NCBI GenBank assembly: GCA_963836075.1
Contig: CAWIIB010000009.1
Span: 640,001-704,000, forward strand
Source of the DNA: an uncultured Acidobacteriota bacterium
Lineage (GTDB): Bacteria > Acidobacteriota > JAQAZP01
DNA length: 64,000 nt
Direction: 5' to 3'
The translations under genes were made by a program, and so were the position numbers. Below are positions 9,954 to 20,700 of the stretch, piece by piece. Numbering within the stretch: position 1 is the first letter of the stretch; the number at the start of each line of letters is the position of its first letter. The notes beneath the pieces are model-generated. The model did no database searches. It was not told where the DNA came from and worked only from the letters and a program-made list of their open reading frames with translations.

Positions 9954-10437
9954 CTCAGCCTCCCCGGGATGTGAGTGCGGAATCTATATCCCTGTTTAAA
10001 TATGGATAATATAGGTTTTTATCGAGGATTACGCCACCACTCTCCGCACTGCCGTATCCTCGACCCTTCCCTTTCACTATGCAGCTTCACCCGGAGCTGT
10101 GACGAACAAATTTGAATATCGTAAATATTGTGAGACTTCGTCACGGAAAGGCTATGAATCCAGTATTTATCCATAGATAGAGGAAGTCAGAAAAACCACC
10201 GCGGATGGTCCTGGAGTCTCCAGGCCACGCGTAAAGGATGTATTGGTATGGGAAGAGATAATTACAGCGACAGGTTACGTGGGATGGTGCTGGTTCGCGA
10301 AGCGATTCGCAACCTTGGCCTGATCCCCTTCCGTGCGGTATTTTATGATCGGCTGAAAAGGATTTTTGTGAACGGGGGATCGCTCCGCGGCTCCGGTCCA
10401 GGGTAAAGCCGCGGAGGCAGATCCTCCTCGAGCCCGC

Positions 10438-10911
10438 TCACTTCACCTTGTGACCCAGGTAGGCCTCACTGAAGCTGTCCAGCAACTTCCGTAGCTCGTC
10501 CACCACCGCCTGGTCCGTGCCCTGCTTGGCCTTCATCGCCTGGATCAGCATCTTGTGCAGCAGGGTCAGCTTCTCCACGTACGCGGCCTGGGCCTCCTTG
10601 TCCGCGGGATCGGCCGGCTTGATCCGCTGGGTCATGAAATACTGAGTGACGATATGCTGGATCTCGTCGGCGTGCTTTTCCTTGTTGTCCACCCAACGGA
10701 CCAGCTGGTTGTGGTTCACGCTCTCCGCGGCGGAAAGTTCGTTTACCTGCTTCATCGACTTTTCGATGGTGGTGATGTGTTCGGCGATCAGCTTGACCCG
10801 CAGATCATCGGTGTAGATGCCGCAGGGGATCTCACAGTGGGCCTGGGCCACGGCGCTGATGGCCAGTAAGAGAGCCAGGCACCCCAGTCCAAAAACGATC
10901 ATCTTCTTCAT
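10438..10911 (-). CDS. sodN: Nickel superoxide dismutase precursor with Sec signal peptide
   Basis: Nickel-hook HCEIPCGIY immediately after AQA cleavage site; NQLVRWVDNKEKHA. Confidence 0.92.
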   Translation of the reverse strand: MKKMIVFGLGCLALLLAISAVAQAHCEIPCGIYTDDLRVKLIAEHITTIEKSMKQVNELSAAESVNHNQLVRWVDNKEKHADEIQHIVTQYFMTQRIKPADPADKEAQAAYVEKLTLLHKMLIQAMKAKQGTDQAVVDELRKLLDSFSEAYLGHKVK

Positions 10912-11002
10912 TTTGCGATGCTCCTTTCACGGATAATGACCCGGCCGGAATTCCCGCGCCGGAGCGGTCGTCAGTGGCGACAGCCGCCCCAGACCAGGTC
11001 GA

Positions 11003-11623
11003 TTACTTAAGTTCGTCGATACAGAGTACCTTGTCCAGCCCGAAGCGCTGCTGGCGCGGGAACTTCTCCCCGGTTTCGCTGTAGCCCAGTGAGATCATGA
11101 AGGAGAGGATCCAGGGGGCCTTGACCCCGATATACTCGCTCACCGCCTTCTTGTCGAAACCGATCATCGGGCAGCTGGCCAGGCCCATGCCGTGGGCCGC
11201 CAGCATCAGCGTCATGGCGGCGAAGGAGCTGTTGCGGATAGCGTACTCGTGCTGCTCGTACTCGGTGGGGTAGACCCCGCCCACTGCCTGGGACCAGGTG
11301 GCGTGGATCTCGTCATTGATGATCCCGTTGCTCCGCCACTGGTCGAAGATCTCCTGCTTGTTCTCGTGTGGGTCAGTGTTGCCCAGCATCAGCACCAGGG
11401 CGCTGGAATCGGTGATGATGTTCTGGTCCCAGGCCAGCTTGCGGATCTCGGCCCGTTTCGCGTCGTCCTCGATCACCAGGAACTTCCAGGGCTGGAGATT
11501 CCAGGACGAGGGGGACTTGGTGGCCAGGGTGATCAGCTTCTCCAGGTCGGCACGGGGGATCCGCTTGCCGGTGTCGAAACTGTGCACGGAACGTCTTCCT
11601 TCGATCGCTTCAATAAGGTCCAT
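11003..11623 (-). CDS. Nitroreductase family protein
   Basis: IEGRRSVHSF...SPSSWNLQPWKF...LMLAAHGMGLASCPMIGFD. Confidence 0.92.
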   Translation of the reverse strand: MDLIEAIEGRRSVHSFDTGKRIPRADLEKLITLATKSPSSWNLQPWKFLVIEDDAKRAEIRKLAWDQNIITDSSALVLMLGNTDPHENKQEIFDQWRSNGIINDEIHATWSQAVGGVYPTEYEQHEYAIRNSSFAAMTLMLAAHGMGLASCPMIGFDKKAVSEYIGVKAPWILSFMISLGYSETGEKFPRQQRFGLDKVLCIDELK

Positions 11624-12258
11624 CAGTCTTCCTCCAGGTAAAGTAAGCTTGGATTGTCCAGATCATCGGGGCAATCAACATCATCGAGGGGGATGAGCAG
11701 GGTCACGGGAAGCTCGAGACGCTTCGCCAGGTCCAGGGTCATCTCCAGAACTTTGTCGGTGCCCCAGGGAATCCCCTCGAAGAGCTTCGGGGGAACCCCG
11801 GTGAGCCCGATGAGGTAGTAGCCGCCGTCGCGGGCCGGGCCGAGCACCAGCGGTGTCTGCTCCAGCTCGTCAAAGGCACGAAGCATGATCCGGCCCGAAA
11901 GCCCGGGGCAGTCGGTGCCGACGATCACCACCTTTTCCGCCCCCTCGCCGAAACAGCGCTGGAGGGCGGTGTGCATACGTTCTCCAAGGTCCCCATCTTC
12001 CAGCTGGGGAACCATTTTCAGCTCTTCGCCATAGAGCCGCTTCATCATCTGCTCGCCGCCGCCGGCATAACAGACCTCCAGGTCAGCAAGGCCATGCTGC
12101 GCCAGCTCGCCGGCCGCGGCCAGGGTGCGGCGGGTCATCCGGCGCTGCAGATCGGCCGCCCCTTCCTCACCCAGGGCAGGGATCAGACGTGTCTTCACCC
12201 GGCCCGCTTCGGGGTAGCAGGTAAAGACCACCAGCCGGTTTCTCGTTTCAGGATTCAC
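11623..12258 (-). CDS. DUF2064/TIGR04282 family glycosyltransferase-like protein
   Basis: GRVKTRL...GDLGERM...IVGTDCP...LGPARDGGYYLIG...DVDCPDDL. Confidence 0.85.
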   Translation of the reverse strand: MNPETRNRLVVFTCYPEAGRVKTRLIPALGEEGAADLQRRMTRRTLAAAGELAQHGLADLEVCYAGGGEQMMKRLYGEELKMVPQLEDGDLGERMHTALQRCFGEGAEKVVIVGTDCPGLSGRIMLRAFDELEQTPLVLGPARDGGYYLIGLTGVPPKLFEGIPWGTDKVLEMTLDLAKRLELPVTLLIPLDDVDCPDDLDNPSLLYLEED

Positions 12259-12305
12259 TGGCAGATCTCGCCTCAGCCGATGAAGCGGAAGGCGTCACCG
12301 GTCAA

Positions 12306-12503
12306 TCAGCATTTGGGCTTGATGATCTTTTTCAGCAGGCCGCTGAACACCAGACCCACGGCAACCCCCACGCCGATCCCCACGGCAATGTTGTCCAGGG
12401 CCACGCCCACCGCCAATCCGATTCCAACACCCATCATCAGGCCGGCACCCGGCCCGCTGTTGGTGCTTCATCTCATGTTGTCATTGCCCGGTATCTCCGA
12501 CAT
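12306..12503 (-). CDS. Small glycine-zipper membrane protein with an in-frame TGA at 12468-12470 (or starting at ATG ~12437)
   Basis: Read manually: RBS + MSEIPGNDNMR*STNSGPGAGLMMGVGIGLAVGVALDNIAVGIGVGVAVGLVFSGLLKKIIKPKC. Confidence 0.5.
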
Positions 12504-12535
12504 TGTGTTCCCCTCTCTTCCCGACCGGTCACGTT

Positions 12536-13903
12536 TTATTTCACATACACGGTCTTGATGTTGACGAATTCCCGGATGCCAAAGCTGGACAGCTCGCGGC
12601 CGTACCCGCTTTCCTTGATCCCGCCAAAGGGGAGGCGCGGGTCGGAGCGGACAAAGTCATTGACGAAACAGCAGCCCGCTTCCAGCTCCTGGCTGGCGAT
12701 CCGGTCACCCCGGGCACTGTCGCCGGTGAACACGGCGGCGCCGAGGCCGAAGATCGAATCGTTGGCCACCCGGATGGCTTCCTCCTCGTCAGCCACCCCG
12801 ATCACCGCGGCCACCGGGCCGAACAGCTCCTCCTCGTAGGCCGGCATCCCCTTGGTCACCCCGCTGAGCAGGGTGGCCGGATACCAGGCGCCCGGCTGTT
12901 TCGGGATCTCGCCGCCCATGACGGCCGTGGCCCCCAGATCGATGGAGCGGCGCACCTGCTGGTGCAGCTCGTCGCGCAGGTCTTCCCGGGCCTGGGGCCC
13001 CATGTCGGTCCCCTCGTCCAGCGGGTCGCCCATGGTGCGGGCCGCCATCCGCTCGGTGAGCAGCTTCTCGAACCTCTCCCGCACCGCCTCCACCACAATG
13101 AACCGTTTGGCGGCGATACAGCTCTGGCCGGCGTTGATCAGCCGGCTGATGGCGCAGGCTTCCGCGGCCTGTTCCAGATCAGCATCCTCGAGGATCACAT
13201 AGGGGTCGCTGCCCCCCAGCTCTAGCACCGTCTTCTTCAGCACGCCGCCCGCGGTGGAGGCCACGGCTTTCCCGGCCGGGGTGGACCCGGTGAGGGTCAC
13301 CGCCTTGACCAGCGGGTTGCTGATGATCGCCTCCACCTGGGCGCTGCCTACCAGCAGGGTACGGAAGATGTCCACCGGGAATCCGGCCTCGCGAAATATC
13401 TCTTCGATGGCCAGGGCGCTGCCCGGCACGTTGGAGGCGTGTTTGAGGACGCCGGCGTTGCCGGCCATCAGGGCCGGGGCGGCGAAGCGGAAGACCTGCC
13501 ACAGGGGGAAGTTCCAGGGCATCACCGCCAGCACCACGCCAATGGGGCGGAAGGCCACGTAACTGCGGGAAGCCTCTGTATCGATGGCTTCGTCGGCCAG
13601 GAACCCCGGTGCCTTGTCCGCGTAGTAGTCGCAGACCGCCGCGCACTTGGCCACTTCGGCCCGGCCATCCCTCACCGGTTTGCCCATCTCCTGGGCCATC
13701 AGCCGGGCCAACTCGTCGGCCCTGACCCGCAGACCGTCGGCGGCCTTGTGCATCAGGGCCGTCCGCGCTTCAAAACCGGTGCGCCGCCACTGGAGAAAGG
13801 CCTGGTGGGCCGCGTCAACGGCGGCCGCCGCATCCCCGGGTGTCATTTCGTCATAGCTGGCCACCGTTTCGCCGGTGGCCGGGTTGACCACGTCCAGGCT
13901 CAT
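12536..13903 (-). CDS. NAD(P)-dependent succinate-semialdehyde dehydrogenase (Sad/SsaD-like)
   Basis: VMPWNFP, LKHASNVP, TLTGS, LELGGSDP, NAGQSCIAAKRF, EELFGP, FGGIKESGYGRE. Confidence 0.9.
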   Translation of the reverse strand: MSLDVVNPATGETVASYDEMTPGDAAAAVDAAHQAFLQWRRTGFEARTALMHKAADGLRVRADELARLMAQEMGKPVRDGRAEVAKCAAVCDYYADKAPGFLADEAIDTEASRSYVAFRPIGVVLAVMPWNFPLWQVFRFAAPALMAGNAGVLKHASNVPGSALAIEEIFREAGFPVDIFRTLLVGSAQVEAIISNPLVKAVTLTGSTPAGKAVASTAGGVLKKTVLELGGSDPYVILEDADLEQAAEACAISRLINAGQSCIAAKRFIVVEAVRERFEKLLTERMAARTMGDPLDEGTDMGPQAREDLRDELHQQVRRSIDLGATAVMGGEIPKQPGAWYPATLLSGVTKGMPAYEEELFGPVAAVIGVADEEEAIRVANDSIFGLGAAVFTGDSARGDRIASQELEAGCCFVNDFVRSDPRLPFGGIKESGYGRELSSFGIREFVNIKTVYVK

Positions 13904-15552
13904 TGTGCGTCCCTCCAGTAGCTGTTCAGGTTTTCCACCAGTTTCATGTTGATGCTCGGGTCCACCGGGATCTCCACCACCGACAGTTCACCGGAGGGGA
14001 TGGTCTCCCGCAGAGTTTCCCGCAGCTCGGCCAGGTTCTCCGGCCGGTAGGCCGTGATGCCGAAGCTCTCCACGAAGGCCTTGAAGTCGGGGTTGCCCAG
14101 CCGGGTGAAGATCGACCGCCCCCGGGACAGCTTCTGCTTCCAGGAGATCAGTCCGTAATCGTTGTCGTTGAAGATGATGATGGTGCATCCCACACCAAGC
14201 CGTTTGGCCGTCTCCAGTTCCTGGGAGTTCATCATGAACCCGCCGTCCCCCATCACCGCCACCACCTGGCGGCCCGGATCGGCCAGCGAGGCGGCCACCG
14301 CGCCAGGCAGGGCGATGCCCATGCTGGCCAGCCCGTTGGAGATGATGCAGCCGTTGGGGCAGAGGGTGGGGAAGTTGCGGCCGACCCACATCTTGTGGCT
14401 GCCCACGTCGCTGATCAGCAGCCCGCAGGGATCGAGGACCTGGCGGATTTCATGCAGTGCGCCCGGAACAGTGAACGGCTGCCCGTCTTCCAGCACGCAC
14501 CGTTGGCGGAACCGCTGAATCCGCTCACGGATCGGAGTGAACCACTGGCGGTCGAAGCTGAGATCGCGGTCACTCAGTTTCTGATCCAGATCCCAGATGG
14601 TGCCCGAGATGTCGCCCACCACCTCCACGTCCACTTCGTAGTGCGCGTAGACCTCGGCCGGGATGAAATCGATGTGCACCACCTTCTTCCCGTCGGGGTT
14701 CCACTTTTCAGGCTGGAACTCGGCGATGTCGTAGCCCACGGTGAGAATCAGGTCCGCCTGGTCAACCGCTTCCATCACGTAGTCCCGCACAAAACCGAGA
14801 CCGATACTGCCCAGGGACAGGGGCGAGTCGTCGCTCAATGCGCCCTTGCCCATGAAGGTGGTGGTCACCGGGATGCCGTGCCGCTCCACAAAGGCGGTGA
14901 GGTGCTTGCTGGCCAGTTTGCGGATGGCGCCGTTGCCGGCGATGATCAGCGGCCTCTTCGCCGACTCCAGCAGTTCGATGGTGCTGTTGATCGCCTTGTA
15001 GTCCGGCGCCGGCCGCCGCACCCGCCGTGCGGGAATGGGTGTCACCTTGTGCACCACCTCCCCGGCAGCCAGGTCTTCGGACAGCTCGATGTGCGTCGCC
15101 CCCGGCTTCTCCGCCTGGGCCGCCCGGAAAGCCTTGCGCACCACCTCGCTGACCACCTCCGGTGAGGAGATGGCCGAGTTCCACTTGGTGATCGGCCCGA
15201 ACATGTGGACGATGTCGATGTACTGGTGGCTCTCCTGGTGCATTCGGGTGATGCCGCCCTGGGCAGTGAGCGCCACCAGCGGGGCCTTGTCCAGGTTGGC
15301 GTCGGCCACCCCGGTGATCAGGTTGGTGGCCCCGGGGCCGAGGGTGGCGAGGCAGACCCCGGCCCGGCCGGTGATCCGTCCCCAGACGTTGGCCATGAAG
15401 GCCGCCCCCTGCTCGTGGCGGCAGGGGATGAACTGGATCGACGACCCCTCCAACGAAAAGAGGAAGTCCTCGTTCTCCTCGCCCGGGACACCGAAGATAT
15501 ATTTCACACCCTCGTTTTCCAGGCATTTGACGAACAGGTCGGTTACTTTCAT
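13900..15552 (-). CDS. ThDP-dependent enzyme, acetolactate-synthase-large-subunit family (2-oxoglutarate decarboxylase-like)
   Basis: CLENEGVKYIFGVPGEEN, RHEQGAAFMA, TLGPGATNL, GDGGFMMNSQELETAKR...NDNDYG. Confidence 0.85.
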   Translation of the reverse strand: MKVTDLFVKCLENEGVKYIFGVPGEENEDFLFSLEGSSIQFIPCRHEQGAAFMANVWGRITGRAGVCLATLGPGATNLITGVADANLDKAPLVALTAQGGITRMHQESHQYIDIVHMFGPITKWNSAISSPEVVSEVVRKAFRAAQAEKPGATHIELSEDLAAGEVVHKVTPIPARRVRRPAPDYKAINSTIELLESAKRPLIIAGNGAIRKLASKHLTAFVERHGIPVTTTFMGKGALSDDSPLSLGSIGLGFVRDYVMEAVDQADLILTVGYDIAEFQPEKWNPDGKKVVHIDFIPAEVYAHYEVDVEVVGDISGTIWDLDQKLSDRDLSFDRQWFTPIRERIQRFRQRCVLEDGQPFTVPGALHEIRQVLDPCGLLISDVGSHKMWVGRNFPTLCPNGCIISNGLASMGIALPGAVAASLADPGRQVVAVMGDGGFMMNSQELETAKRLGVGCTIIIFNDNDYGLISWKQKLSRGRSIFTRLGNPDFKAFVESFGITAYRPENLAELRETLRETIPSGELSVVEIPVDPSINMKLVENLNSYWRDAQ

Positions 15553-15554
15553 CT

Positions 15555-17570
15555 TTATTGCTCCATATCCCGCCCCAGGTGCTCCGTGCGGAGCACCCGG
15601 CGCATCAGCTTGTTCGAGGCCGTTCGAGGAAGTTTGGCGAGCAGCACCAGGTCATGGACCCGGAAGAGCGGGTTGAGTTGCTCGCGGATCAGTTGCTGCA
15701 GCTGCGCTTTCAGTTCAGGCTTCCCTGGCGCCTCGTCTCCACCAGCGGGAACAACGTGAAGCACCAGCTGCTCCGCGCCTTCGCCACCCAGCTGGACCCC
15801 CACAGCCGCACTCTCCAGAACAAGGGGATGGGTGTCGACGATCTGCTCCAGTTCCAGCGAACTGACCTTGATCCCGCCAAGGTTCATGGTGTCGTCGGCC
15901 CGCCCCTGGGCGCGGAAGTACCCGCCATGCAGCCGCTGCATCTGGTCGCCGTGGCGGCGCAACCGCTGGCCATCCGGCCCGGCGGGGCACCCTTCGAAGT
16001 AGACCTGGTGGTGGTCTCCGTTGAGCAGGTTTTGAGAGAGCCCGATGGAGGGCGGCACGATGAACAGTTCTCCGGTCTCACCCTCGGTTGCCGGGCGGCC
16101 CTGCTCGTCAAGCATCAGCAGCCCGACCCCCAGGGCCGGTGTGCTGAAGGTGGCCGGTGAAGCCGGCTGCACCATGGTGCCGGTGATCAGTCCGCCGCCG
16201 ATCTCGGTCCCGCCCAGGTACTCGATCACCGGCGCCCGGTAGCCGGTGCGGCTCATCAGCCAGAGGTAGTCCTCGGCAGCCGACGGCTCACCGGTGGAGC
16301 TGAAGAGACGGATGGCACTCCAGTCGGCGTGTTCCAGCGCACCGGACGATCGCCAGGCGCGGACCAGCGAAGGGACCACACCGAGCACGGTGACCCCGGC
16401 CCGCTCGATAAAACGGGCAAAGTCGCTGCCGGTGGGCGCCCCCTCGTGGAGCGCGATGGCCCCGCGGTTGAGCAGCGTGGCGTAGATCAGCCAGGGGCCC
16501 ATCATCCAGCCGATGTTGGTGGGCCAGGCCACCACGTCCTTTTCACCGATGTCCTGGTGAAAGCGGCCGTCCATCCCGCACTTCAACGGCGTGAGGTGGG
16601 ACCAGGGGATCATCTTCGGTGTCCCGGTGGTACCAGAGGAGAAGAGGATGTTGGTCACGTCGTACGGGTCGGCCGTCACCGAACTGAATCCGGTTTCGGG
16701 GGCCAGGAAATGATCGCAGAGGATGTCGCCCTCGCGCAGCGATACGTCCTGCTCCGGGTCCATGGGCACCACCACCGCCATCGGCGCCCCGGCCTCCCTG
16801 ACCTTGTCGTAAAGTCGCACTTCCTTACCGCCCCGGAGGTAGGCATCCTGGGTCACCACCAGCCGGGCCTGGCCCAGCTCCAGACGGCGGGCCAGTTCGC
16901 CGGCCGAAAAGCTGTCGGCGATGGAGATCACCCGCAACCCGGCACGGACAACCGCAAGATAGGCCACCACGCACTCGAGGTTCATCGGCATGAACAGGGC
17001 CACGGCGCTTCCCCGGGGCAACCCCAGGCGGGCAAACCCGCCGGCGGCCCGGTCGACCAGCGCTTCCAGTTCGCCATAGGTGGTGACCTGCGGTTCATCG
17101 TCCTGCTCGCGGGCCCAGAGCACCGCCGGCCGGTCCGGGTCGGCGCGGAAACAGCTGTCACTGATGTTCATCCGTGCACCCGGCAGCCAGCGCACCTCTT
17201 CCACCCCGCCGGAGAAGTCAGCGGTCATCCCGGGCGGCGTCTCAAAAACGATGCCCAGCCGTTCGATCACCACAGCCCAGAAGCCGGCCCGATCCTCCAG
17301 CGACCAGCGGTGGAGGGCGTCATAACCGGACAGGCCCAGTTCGCCGATGAGCTGGCCGATGTTGGATTTCGCCACCTGTTCCTCAGTGGGGATCCAGGCC
17401 GGTGGCGGCACGCCGGCCGCAGCCCGGCCGGCGTAGATCGAGCGGAAGACGGACCACTGGTCAGCAAAGGGGATGGTCTCTCCGGCGCGCACCCGTTCCA
17501 CGAACTGGAGCCACTGCCGCTCCTGTTCCCGCGGGTCAGTCCGATTCCCATGCTGGTTGCCGATGTTCAT
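15555..17570 (-). CDS. AMP-forming acyl-CoA synthetase (acetate-CoA ligase-like)
   Basis: Start at ATG 17570 with AGGAG RBS; ILFSSGTTGTPK, EYLGGTEIGG, GRADDTMNLGGIK, LPRTASNKLMRR. Confidence 0.88.
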   Translation of the reverse strand: MNIGNQHGNRTDPREQERQWLQFVERVRAGETIPFADQWSVFRSIYAGRAAAGVPPPAWIPTEEQVAKSNIGQLIGELGLSGYDALHRWSLEDRAGFWAVVIERLGIVFETPPGMTADFSGGVEEVRWLPGARMNISDSCFRADPDRPAVLWAREQDDEPQVTTYGELEALVDRAAGGFARLGLPRGSAVALFMPMNLECVVAYLAVVRAGLRVISIADSFSAGELARRLELGQARLVVTQDAYLRGGKEVRLYDKVREAGAPMAVVVPMDPEQDVSLREGDILCDHFLAPETGFSSVTADPYDVTNILFSSGTTGTPKMIPWSHLTPLKCGMDGRFHQDIGEKDVVAWPTNIGWMMGPWLIYATLLNRGAIALHEGAPTGSDFARFIERAGVTVLGVVPSLVRAWRSSGALEHADWSAIRLFSSTGEPSAAEDYLWLMSRTGYRAPVIEYLGGTEIGGGLITGTMVQPASPATFSTPALGVGLLMLDEQGRPATEGETGELFIVPPSIGLSQNLLNGDHHQVYFEGCPAGPDGQRLRRHGDQMQRLHGGYFRAQGRADDTMNLGGIKVSSLELEQIVDTHPLVLESAAVGVQLGGEGAEQLVLHVVPAGGDEAPGKPELKAQLQQLIREQLNPLFRVHDLVLLAKLPRTASNKLMRRVLRTEHLGRDMEQ

Positions 17571-17712
17571 TCCTTCTCCTGAAAACGTGTCCCATATTCT
17601 ACCTGTTTTGTCGAACTTCCTCACTCCTTCGTTGCAAATATTCAAGGCCCCAGTGGTAATATCCGGGTCGAAGCCCTCAGACAGCCCCGATGAAACATTT
17701 CGGAGAGTGGCC

Positions 17713-20700
17713 ATGGCCGCGAAAAAGCTCCGTCGCATCTTATGGATTGCCGCGGCATTCCTCGCCCTGATGGTCGCTCTGCTGCTTGTTCTGCTCCTCG
17801 TTGGTGTCCGGGTTGACCTGGGCGGGCACCGCGGCTCCCTGGAGACGGCCGCCGCCGAGGCCCTGGGCCGGCAGGTCACTATCGTGGAACCTCTGGCGCT
17901 GGAGGTGTCTTTCTCCCCCTCCCTGCAGGTCGGCGGGCTCCAGGTTTACAACCCGGCGGGATGGGCTGCAGACCGCTTCGCCGACCTGGGGCCATCGGAA
18001 ATCCGGATCTCCCTCGGTGCGCTCCTCCGGAAAAAGATCCTCGTCCACAACCTCGCCGCCCAGGGGGTACAGCTCACTCTCCTGCGGAATCGAGGTGGCG
18101 AACCCAACTGGGCCTTTGACTCATCCGGCTCATCCGGGGAGGAGGATGGATTCGGTTTCGCCGGCCTGGAGTCCTTCTCCCTCACCGGCGTGGATGTGGC
18201 ATACCATGGCGGGGGGTCCGACCCGGTGAAGATGGTCATCGAGGAGATCACGGGGAGCGTCACCGCCAAAGCGCCGGTAACGGTGATCGCCAGGACGTCG
18301 CTGGGGGATGAAGTCCTGACCGCCACCCTCAGCCTCCCCGCCCTGGACGAGATCCAGGAGAGGGGCAGCCCCTGGCCTCTCCATCTTCAGGGGGAGTGTG
18401 CCGGCAACACCGGGGAAGTGACCGTGCACCGGGCGCTCTTCGGGGAAGAGACCAGCTTCGATGCCGAGCTCCACCTGGGGGGGGAGGACCTGCAGGAGCT
18501 GGGGCGGCTGGCCGGGATGGAACTGCCCCCGGCAGGACCGTTCTCGGCCGCCGCAACCGTGTCGGCCAAAGGGACGGTGCTGACCCTGGCGGATTTGAGC
18601 GTCGAGGCCGCCGGCAACAGAATGGTCGGCGACCTGGGCCTAGACCTGGCCGGGGGCCGGATCCTGGTCAGCGGCAACCTGGGCATGGATCAGCTGGATC
18701 TGGAACCGCTGCTCATCCTCGGAGGGCAGGAGGAGACACCGGACGATCCCCTCCGGATGCCGGACCTGCCCGACGGTCTGGGCATCGAGCTGGTACTGGC
18801 CATCGGGACGATACTCAATGCACCGGTCCGGGCCGCCGGTCTCCAGCTGGAGCTGAACGTCGACAGGGGAGAACTCCGGCTCCCCTTCCGGGGCACCGTG
18901 GAGGATCATTCGGTTGACGGCGAGCTCCGGGCCGGCGGGGAGAGGGAGCGGCCCCACCTCCGGCTGGCGCTGGCCACGGGGCTGTTCGACCTCTCGCCCT
19001 TCCTGGATGAAGGCGCCGGGGACGAATCCGGGCCGGTGCCCGAAGAGCCGCAGGAGAATGTGGTGGCCGCCGTGGCCGGGTGGATGCACCGCCTCGACGC
19101 CGATCTCTCCCTGCATGCCGACACTCTCGGAGGAATCCCCCTGGGCGTGGCAAAGATCAATCTCGAGGGATCTCTGCGGGACGGGGTCCTCAACCTGCCC
19201 GCCCGGGCTGAGGTTGCCGGCGCCACGTGCGAGGGCACCCTCAAGGTCGCCGCCCGGGGCGACGGGCTGGAGGCGGGACTCGACGCCGTTGCCGAAAATC
19301 TCGATCTCGAAGCCCTGGCCAGCCAGGTCCCGGGCCTGGCCGATCTCCATGGAAGTGTTGGGCGTCTTGAGCTGACCCTCTCCACGCAGGGGGATGAACC
19401 GCAGTCGCTGATTAACGGCCTGAAAGCCGATCTGTCCCTGGAGAATGCCGAGCTCCTCCACCGGGGCGTAACCGTCCAGGGGGTCCGGTTCTTCGCCGGT
19501 CAGGGCCGCGTCCAACTGACGGAGTTCGGAGGCAGCGAACTCCTGAGGATGGAGGTCTCCATCGGTGACGGCCGGCTGGGGATCCTCTCACCACAGAGCG
19601 GCCCTCCAGCCACCACGGATCTCCCCTGCGCCCTCGAGGGGACCCTGTCCCGCACCGGGGAGGTGTGGAACATGATCCTCCAGTCGGCTCACCTGGGGAA
19701 CAGCCGGGTCGCCGGCGAAGCGACGCTGTCACCCGGCACGGAAAGACCAATGCTTCTGGCATCCCTCCGTTCGGAGATCATCGATCCCGCGGAACTGAAA
19801 GGCCTGTTCCCCGAGGCTTCGGCGGACAGTGGCGGTGGCGCGAACCCCCCGACCCCGGTCGCAGCGCCGCTTGACCTCCAACTGGAGCTGGAAGTTGACC
19901 GCATACCCACCACGGTTGGTGATGTCACTGAAATACAGGCCGCACTGGTGATCGACGACGGGCTGGTAAAAGAAGCGCCGGCCAGCGCCGTTATCGATGG
20001 TACGCGCTACGAGGGACGTTTCGATATGGAGGAGGAGGACGGGTGGATGCGGGCCGGGTTCTCCCTGGATGCCGGAAATGTCGATGTGGGGTCCCTGATG
20101 TCCCTGGCCGGGATGACCCGGGATGTGGAGGCCACGGCCGGAGCGGTTCACCTCGATATCTGGATGGCAGGCGGGAACATCGAGGAAATGCTGGAGGACC
20201 ACCGTTTCGACTTCATGGTGGAGGAAGGGCGTTTCTCGGTGCCCGACCTGTTCACGGAGCAGATGCGGCAGATCAGTATCCCGAACGCCCTGCTGCGGCG
20301 AGTGGAGAAAGGCCAATACGAAATCGAGCTGGAACCGAGCATCGATGGCTTCCCCGCCCTGGTGGTGGATGGCCGGATCGAGGTTACCGAGGTCCGGAAC
20401 GGCACGGGCAAGAAGGCGCTCACTCACCTGAAGCTGGTGGGTCCCCGCTCGGAAACAGAGATCGAGAGCGCCATCGCCCTACCCTTCACCCCGGTGGGCA
20501 CCGAACTGGGCATCACCTTATCCGGGGAAAGGCTCGACATCTTCGACCCCCTGCTCAATGTCTCGCTGCCCCCCCTCGGCCCCCTCCACCTTTCGGGGCG
20601 GCTGTGGATCGAGGAGGAGGGCCTCCGGCTGACCGATGCGGCCGTCGGGGTGGGAGAGAGCATTCTGCAGGGCACGGCAAAACTTGCCATGACCGGCGAG

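Noticed and set aside
10129-10145. CRP/FNR site TGTGA...TCACG in the AT-rich intergenic region
   Set aside because: Spacer is 7 rather than 6 nt and there is no second supporting copy.
11623-12258. Arsenosugar biosynthesis cluster
   Set aside because: Only the DUF2064-type gene is present; no arsM/arsS or partner glycosyltransferase adjacent.
13900-15552. Calling the gene ilvB
   Set aside because: No small subunit or ilv genes; coupling to SSADH argues for another function.
17473-17879. Apparent overlap of the asmA and acyl-CoA synthetase ORFs
   Set aside because: Disappears with the more plausible starts at 17570 (-) and 17713 (+).
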